The notes under the pieces were generated by a model, which was not told the DNA's origin, did not search any database, and saw nothing but the letters and a program-made list of their open reading frames with translations. Shown one piece after another: positions 27,922-32,000 of a stretch of DNA of 32,000 nt (within the stretch, counting starts at the first letter, position 1; the number at the start of each line of letters is the position of its first letter). Made by a program: the position numbers and the translations under genes. Source of the DNA: Mycolicibacterium smegmatis (lineage in GTDB: Bacteria > Actinomycetota > Actinomycetes > Mycobacteriales > Mycobacteriaceae); NCBI RefSeq assembly GCF_001457595.1, contig NZ_LN831039.1, positions 1,020,001-1,052,000 of the forward strand, written 5' to 3'.

Positions 27922-29226
27922 GTGCGTCTAGCGACAGACCTCGAGACCCCCCGCCGCGTGGCGGTGTTGTCGGTACACACCTCTCCGCTGGCGCAGCCGG
28001 GCACCGGCGACGCGGGCGGCATGAACGTCTACGTGTTGCAGACCGCGCTGCAACTGGCCCGGCGTGGCGTCGAGGTCGAGGTCTTCACCAGGGCCACGTC
28101 GTCGGCCGATGCGCCGGTCGTGCCTGTGGCGCCCGGTGTGCTGGTGCGCAACGTCGTGGCCGGCCCGTTCGAAGGCCTCGACAAGAACGATCTGCCCACG
28201 CAGCTGTGCGCGTTCACCGCGGGTGTGCTGCGCGCCGAGGCGACCCACGAGCCCGGCTACTACGACGTCGTGCATTCGCACTACTGGCTGTCCGGCCAGG
28301 TCGGGTGGCTGGCGCGCGACCGCTGGGCCGTGCCGCTGGTGCACACCGCGCACACGCTGGCCGCGGTCAAGAACGCCGCACTCGCCGCGGGCGACGCACC
28401 CGAGCCGCCGCTGCGCGCGGTGGGCGAACAACAGGTGGTCGACGAGGCCGACCGCCTCATCGTGAACACCGAAGTCGAAGCGCAGCAACTGGTCTCGTTG
28501 CACAATGCCGACCGCTCACGCATCGACGTCGTGCACCCCGGCGTCGATCTCGACGTGTTCACCCCCGGTTCGCGCGACGCGGCGCGCGCGGTGTTCGGGC
28601 TTCCCACCGACCAGAAGATCGTGGCGTTCGTGGGCCGCATCCAGCCGCTCAAGGCCCCCGACATCCTGCTGCGTGCCGCGGCGAAACTGCCCGGCGTGCG
28701 CGTGCTGATCGCCGGTGGACCCTCCGGATCGGGACTTGCCCAACCGGACACGCTGGTTCGGCTCGCCGACGAACTGGGTATCAGTGACCGGGTGACGTTC
28801 CTCCCGCCGCAGACCCGCGAACAACTGGTCAACGTGTACCGGGCGGCCGATCTGGTCGCGGTGCCGAGCTACTCCGAGTCGTTCGGCCTGGTCGCCGTCG
28901 AGGCGCAGGCGTGCGGCACGCCCGTTGTCGCCGCGGCCGTCGGCGGACTGCCGGTCGCGGTGGCCGACGGCGTCAGCGGGGCACTCGTCGACGGCCACGA
29001 CATCGGCGACTGGGCCGACACCATCAGCGAGGTGCTCGACCGCGAGCCCGCCGCGCTGAGCCGCGCCGCCGCCGAACACGCCGCTCAGTTCTCGTGGGCG
29101 CACACCGTCGACGCGCTGCTCGCCAGCTACAGCCGGGCCATGAGTGACTACCGGGCCCGTCATCCCAGACCCGCCGCGCGGCGTTCCGGACGCCGGTTCT
29201 CGATGCGCAGGGGAGTACGCACGTGA
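27922..29226 (+). CDS. mshA: D-inositol-3-phosphate glycosyltransferase (mycothiol biosynthesis MshA)
   Basis: 434 aa with a GTG start. The GT4 fold has the characteristic [28 protein letters not shown]-terminus and the [21 protein letters not shown] block. Confidence 0.95.
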   Translation: MRLATDLETPRRVAVLSVHTSPLAQPGTGDAGGMNVYVLQTALQLARRGVEVEVFTRATSSADAPVVPVAPGVLVRNVVAGPFEGLDKNDLPTQLCAFTAGVLRAEATHEPGYYDVVHSHYWLSGQVGWLARDRWAVPLVHTAHTLAAVKNAALAAGDAPEPPLRAVGEQQVVDEADRLIVNTEVEAQQLVSLHNADRSRIDVVHPGVDLDVFTPGSRDAARAVFGLPTDQKIVAFVGRIQPLKAPDILLRAAAKLPGVRVLIAGGPSGSGLAQPDTLVRLADELGISDRVTFLPPQTREQLVNVYRAADLVAVPSYSESFGLVAVEAQACGTPVVAAAVGGLPVAVADGVSGALVDGHDIGDWADTISEVLDREPAALSRAAAEHAAQFSWAHTVDALLASYSRAMSDYRARHPRPAARRSGRRFSMRRGVRT

Positions 29227-29720
29227 ATGTCAGGAAGATCATCGAGGACACCCTCGTCGAGCATGAGCTCAACTACCACTTCCACGAGGGCGCGAAAGGC
29301 AGCTTGCCGGGCATCGTCGTCGAGCTGCCCGGTGAGCGCAAGCTCAAGACCAACACGCTGTTGAGCATCGGCGAGCACTCCGTTCGGGTCGAGGCGTTCG
29401 TGTGCCGCAAACCCGACGAGAACCACGAGGGCGTCTACCGGTTCCTGCTCAAACGCAACCGCAGGCTCTACGGTGTCGCCTACACGCTCGACAACGTCGG
29501 CGACATCTACCTCGTGGGGCGCATGGCGCTGCACTCGGTGACGCCCGACGAGATCGACCGCGTGCTCGGCCAGGTGCTCGAAGCCGTCGATTCTGACTTC
29601 AACACGTTGCTGGAGTTGGGTTTTCGCTCGTCCATCCAGAAGGAATGGGAGTGGCGGGTCTCGCGCGGCGAGTCGCTCAAGAACCTCAAGGCCTTCGAGC
29701 ACCTCATCGACGAGAAGTAG
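29223..29720 (+). CDS. YbjN-domain (putative chaperone-like) protein, Rv0487-like
   Basis: 165 aa. The GTG start overlaps the mshA stop (GTGA), which implies translational coupling. Confidence 0.7.
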   Translation: MNVRKIIEDTLVEHELNYHFHEGAKGSLPGIVVELPGERKLKTNTLLSIGEHSVRVEAFVCRKPDENHEGVYRFLLKRNRRLYGVAYTLDNVGDIYLVGRMALHSVTPDEIDRVLGQVLEAVDSDFNTLLELGFRSSIQKEWEWRVSRGESLKNLKAFEHLIDEK

Positions 29721-29759
29721 CCGAGCAGGCCCTCGCGGGCGCATGAGAAGATCAGGTCC

Positions 29760-30503
29760 ATGGCGACCCTGATCCTGCTCCGCCACGGTGAGAGCCAGTG
29801 GAACGAGAAGAACCTGTTCACCGGTTGGGTGGACGTCGACCTCACTGACAAGGGCCGGGCCGAGGCCGTCCGCGGCGGCCAACTGATGGCCGAGCAGGGC
29901 GTCCTGCCCGACGTGCTCTACACGTCACTGCTGCGCCGGGCCATCACCACCGCGCACCTCGCGCTCGACGCCGCTGACCGGCTGTGGATCCCGGTGCACC
30001 GCGACTGGCGGCTCAACGAGCGCCACTACGGCGCGCTGCAGGGCCTGGACAAGGCCGAGACCAAGGAGAAGTACGGCGAAGAGCAGTTCATGGCGTGGCG
30101 CCGCAGCTACGACACCCCGCCGCCGCCCATCGAGAAGGGCAGCAAGTACAGCCAGGACGCCGATCCGCGCTACGCCGACATCGACGGCGGCCCGTTGACC
30201 GAATGCCTCAAAGACGTCGTCGAGCGGTTCGTGCCGTACTACGAGAGCGCGATCTTGCCCGATCTGAAGGCGGGCAAGACCGTGCTGATCGCCGCCCACG
30301 GCAACTCGCTGCGCGCGCTGGTGAAGTACCTCGACGGCATGTCCGACGAGGAGGTCGTCGGCCTCAACATCCCGACCGGCATCCCGCTGCGCTACGACCT
30401 CGACGAGAACCTCAAGCCCGTCAAGATCGGCGGTGAGTACCTCGATCCCGAGGCGGCCGCCGCCGGTGCGGCCGCCGTCGCCGCCCAGGGCGCGAAGAAG
30501 TAG
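29760..30503 (+). CDS. gpmA: 2,3-bisphosphoglycerate-dependent phosphoglycerate mutase
   Basis: 247 aa. The histidine phosphatase motif [10 protein letters not shown] and the second His in [10 protein letters not shown] are present. It sits at the Rv0489 position. Confidence 0.96.
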   Translation: MATLILLRHGESQWNEKNLFTGWVDVDLTDKGRAEAVRGGQLMAEQGVLPDVLYTSLLRRAITTAHLALDAADRLWIPVHRDWRLNERHYGALQGLDKAETKEKYGEEQFMAWRRSYDTPPPPIEKGSKYSQDADPRYADIDGGPLTECLKDVVERFVPYYESAILPDLKAGKTVLIAAHGNSLRALVKYLDGMSDEEVVGLNIPTGIPLRYDLDENLKPVKIGGEYLDPEAAAAGAAAVAAQGAKK

Positions 30504-30518
30504 CCGACACCCGGATTC

Positions 30519-30581
30519 CGCCGAAACCGCATTCCAGCAGGCGTGCACTCGCACTTTTCCTGACGGAATGCGGTTTCGGCG
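30519..30581 (+). terminator. 17-bp perfect inverted repeat downstream of gpmA and upstream of senX3
   Basis: CGCCGAAACCGCATTCC (30519-30535) pairs with GGAATGCGGTTTCGGCG (30565-30581). The 29-nt loop contains a small GTGC/GCAC hairpin, and the stem is followed by TTTC. Confidence 0.6.
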
Positions 30582-30718
30582 TTTCAGGTGAGAAGTGATC
30601 GAGCAGGCGGTATCGGCCGGGTTAACGACAGCCGAACACCTGTCTTTCCTCGTGTGACATGTCTCGAATCGGCCGTTCGCTGCTGGGCTGACGTTCACCG
30701 GATGCGTACGATTTTCGC

Positions 30719-31909
30719 GTGAGCTTGGTGTCGGCGTTACTGCTGACGGCGCTCGTGTCGCTCCTCACGCTGATCGCAGGCGTGGCAGTGGGCGTCACCG
30801 TGGTGCCCCGCATCGTGGCCCGCCGGCAACGGCGTGCTGCGGACGCGGCGGGCATGACGGTCTCGCAGATGCTGCAGCACATCACGTCCCTGTCGCCGAT
30901 GGGCGTCGCGGTCGTCGACACCTTCAACGACGTCGTCTACAGCAATGACCGGGCCGTCGAGCTCAACGTGGTCCGCGACCGCATTCTCGACGACCGGGCC
31001 TGGCAGGCCGCCCAGCGCGTCTTCGAGACCGGTCAGGACGTCGAGGTGGACCTCTCACCGCTCAAGGTCGCCAATCCGGGCCGGTCGGGCATCTCGGTGC
31101 GCGGCAAGGTGCGGCTGCTGACCGACGACGACCGGCGCTTCGCCGTCGTCTACATCGACGACCAGTCCGAGCACGCACGCATGGAAGCCACCCGGCGCGA
31201 CTTCGTCGCGAACGTCAGCCACGAGCTCAAGACACCGGTGGGTGCCATGAGCGTGCTGGCCGAGGCCCTGCTGGCCTCGGCCGACGACCCCGACACCGTG
31301 CGCCGGTTCGCCGAGAAGATGGTCGCCGAGTCACACCGCCTCGCGGACATGATCGGTGAGCTCATCGAACTCTCGCGGCTGCAGGGTGCCGAGCGTCTGC
31401 CCGATCTGGACGCCGTGGACGTCGACAGCATCGTGTCCGAGGCGGTGTCGCGGCACAAGGTCGCCGCGGACAACTCGCAGATCTCGATCACCACCGACGC
31501 GCCGACCGGATACCGCGTCCTCGGCGACGAAGGCCTGCTGGTGACCGCGATCGCCAACCTGGTGTCCAATGCGATCGCCTACTCGCCCAACGGAACCGAC
31601 GTGTCGATCAGCCGGCGCAAACGCGGCGGCAACATCGAGATCGCGGTCACCGACCGTGGCATCGGCATCGCCAAGGACGATCAGGAGCGGGTGTTCGAGC
31701 GGTTCTTCCGCGTCGACAAGGCGCGGTCGCGAGCCACGGGTGGCACCGGGCTCGGACTGGCGATCGTCAAACACGTGGCCGCCAACCACAACGGATCCAT
31801 CCGGCTGTGGAGTCAGCCGGGAACGGGGTCGACGTTCACGTTGTCGATCCCCGAATACCCCGACCCCGAATCACATTCGGACGAACGAGAGGACCAACGA
31901 GAACGATGA
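30719..31909 (+). CDS. senX3: phosphate-responsive sensor histidine kinase SenX3
   Basis: 396 aa with a GTG start. It has the H-box VSHELKTP, the N-box LVSNAIAYS and the G-boxes DRGIGI and [10 protein letters not shown]. It is collinear with Mtb SenX3 as I remember it. Confidence 0.95.
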   Translation: MSLVSALLLTALVSLLTLIAGVAVGVTVVPRIVARRQRRAADAAGMTVSQMLQHITSLSPMGVAVVDTFNDVVYSNDRAVELNVVRDRILDDRAWQAAQRVFETGQDVEVDLSPLKVANPGRSGISVRGKVRLLTDDDRRFAVVYIDDQSEHARMEATRRDFVANVSHELKTPVGAMSVLAEALLASADDPDTVRRFAEKMVAESHRLADMIGELIELSRLQGAERLPDLDAVDVDSIVSEAVSRHKVAADNSQISITTDAPTGYRVLGDEGLLVTAIANLVSNAIAYSPNGTDVSISRRKRGGNIEIAVTDRGIGIAKDDQERVFERFFRVDKARSRATGGTGLGLAIVKHVAANHNGSIRLWSQPGTGSTFTLSIPEYPDPESHSDEREDQRER

Positions 31910-32000
31910 CCAGCGTGTTGATCGTTGAAGACGAGGAATCGCTGGCCGATCCCTTGGCGTTTCTGCTCCGTAAGGAGGGCTTCGAGGCCACCGTGGTGGG
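31906..32000 (+). CDS. regX3: response regulator RegX3 (OmpR family), N-terminal fragment; continues past the window end
   Basis: The ATG overlaps the senX3 stop (ATGA). I translated the fragment by hand as [31 protein letters not shown], a receiver domain N-terminus. Confidence 0.85.
   Translation, partial: MTSVLIVEDEESLADPLAFLLRKEGFEATVV

Noticed and set aside
26388-28022. 544 aa minus-strand ORF antisense to the ROK regulator gene
   Set aside because: It is a shadow ORF: it overlaps the intergenic region, the whole ROK gene and the mshA start, and has no recognisable motifs.
30582-30718. RegX3 (Pho-box-like) binding sites in the senX3 leader
   Set aside because: Autoregulation is documented in the literature, but I could not recall the binding consensus reliably enough. 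I saw no clear repeat in this stretch, so no site is called.
31900-31915. MIRU-type repeats between senX3 and regX3, as known from the M. tuberculosis complex
   Set aside because: The two genes overlap by ATGA (31906-31909), so there is no intercistronic spacer and no repeat.

Overview
The window is a visibly GC-rich actinobacterial (Mycobacteriaceae) core chromosome region; G+C was not computed. From memory, gene order is collinear with the M. tuberculosis Rv0457c-Rv0491 segment: S9 peptidase, aldehyde dehydrogenase, lpdC, ramB, icl1, fadB2, umaA, TetR, hbhA, deoC, murB, lprQ, mshA, gpm1, senX3-regX3. Three details fit a fast-growing Mycolicibacterium such as M. smegmatis: senX3/regX3 overlap by ATGA with no MIRU spacer, HbhA is long, and there are several extra genes. 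The species cannot be verified here. I call 36 CDS (two truncated by the window edges) plus several hairpins, repeats and candidate operators. I saw no tRNA, rRNA, CRISPR array, transposase or integrase. The many long antisense ORFs in the track are GC-driven shadow ORFs. This is mostly housekeeping metabolism, so I did not find a convincing novel multi-gene system. The observations most worth a second look are: (1) an orphan DUF559/Vsr-fold gene at 12711-13583, bracketed by two paralogous hairpins built from four copies of one ~16-20 nt sequence with a compensatory base change; (2) a TetR-PPK2 coupled gene pair; (3) a tightly coupled uncharacterised operon (DUF2505 x2, SAM methyltransferase, C-N hydrolase) diverging from murB with only 26 bp between start codons and overlapping -10-like hexamers; (4) an apparent one-base frame break at the 5' end of a hemerythrin-like gene; (5) candidate RamB boxes and a repeated decamer in the ramB and icl leaders.
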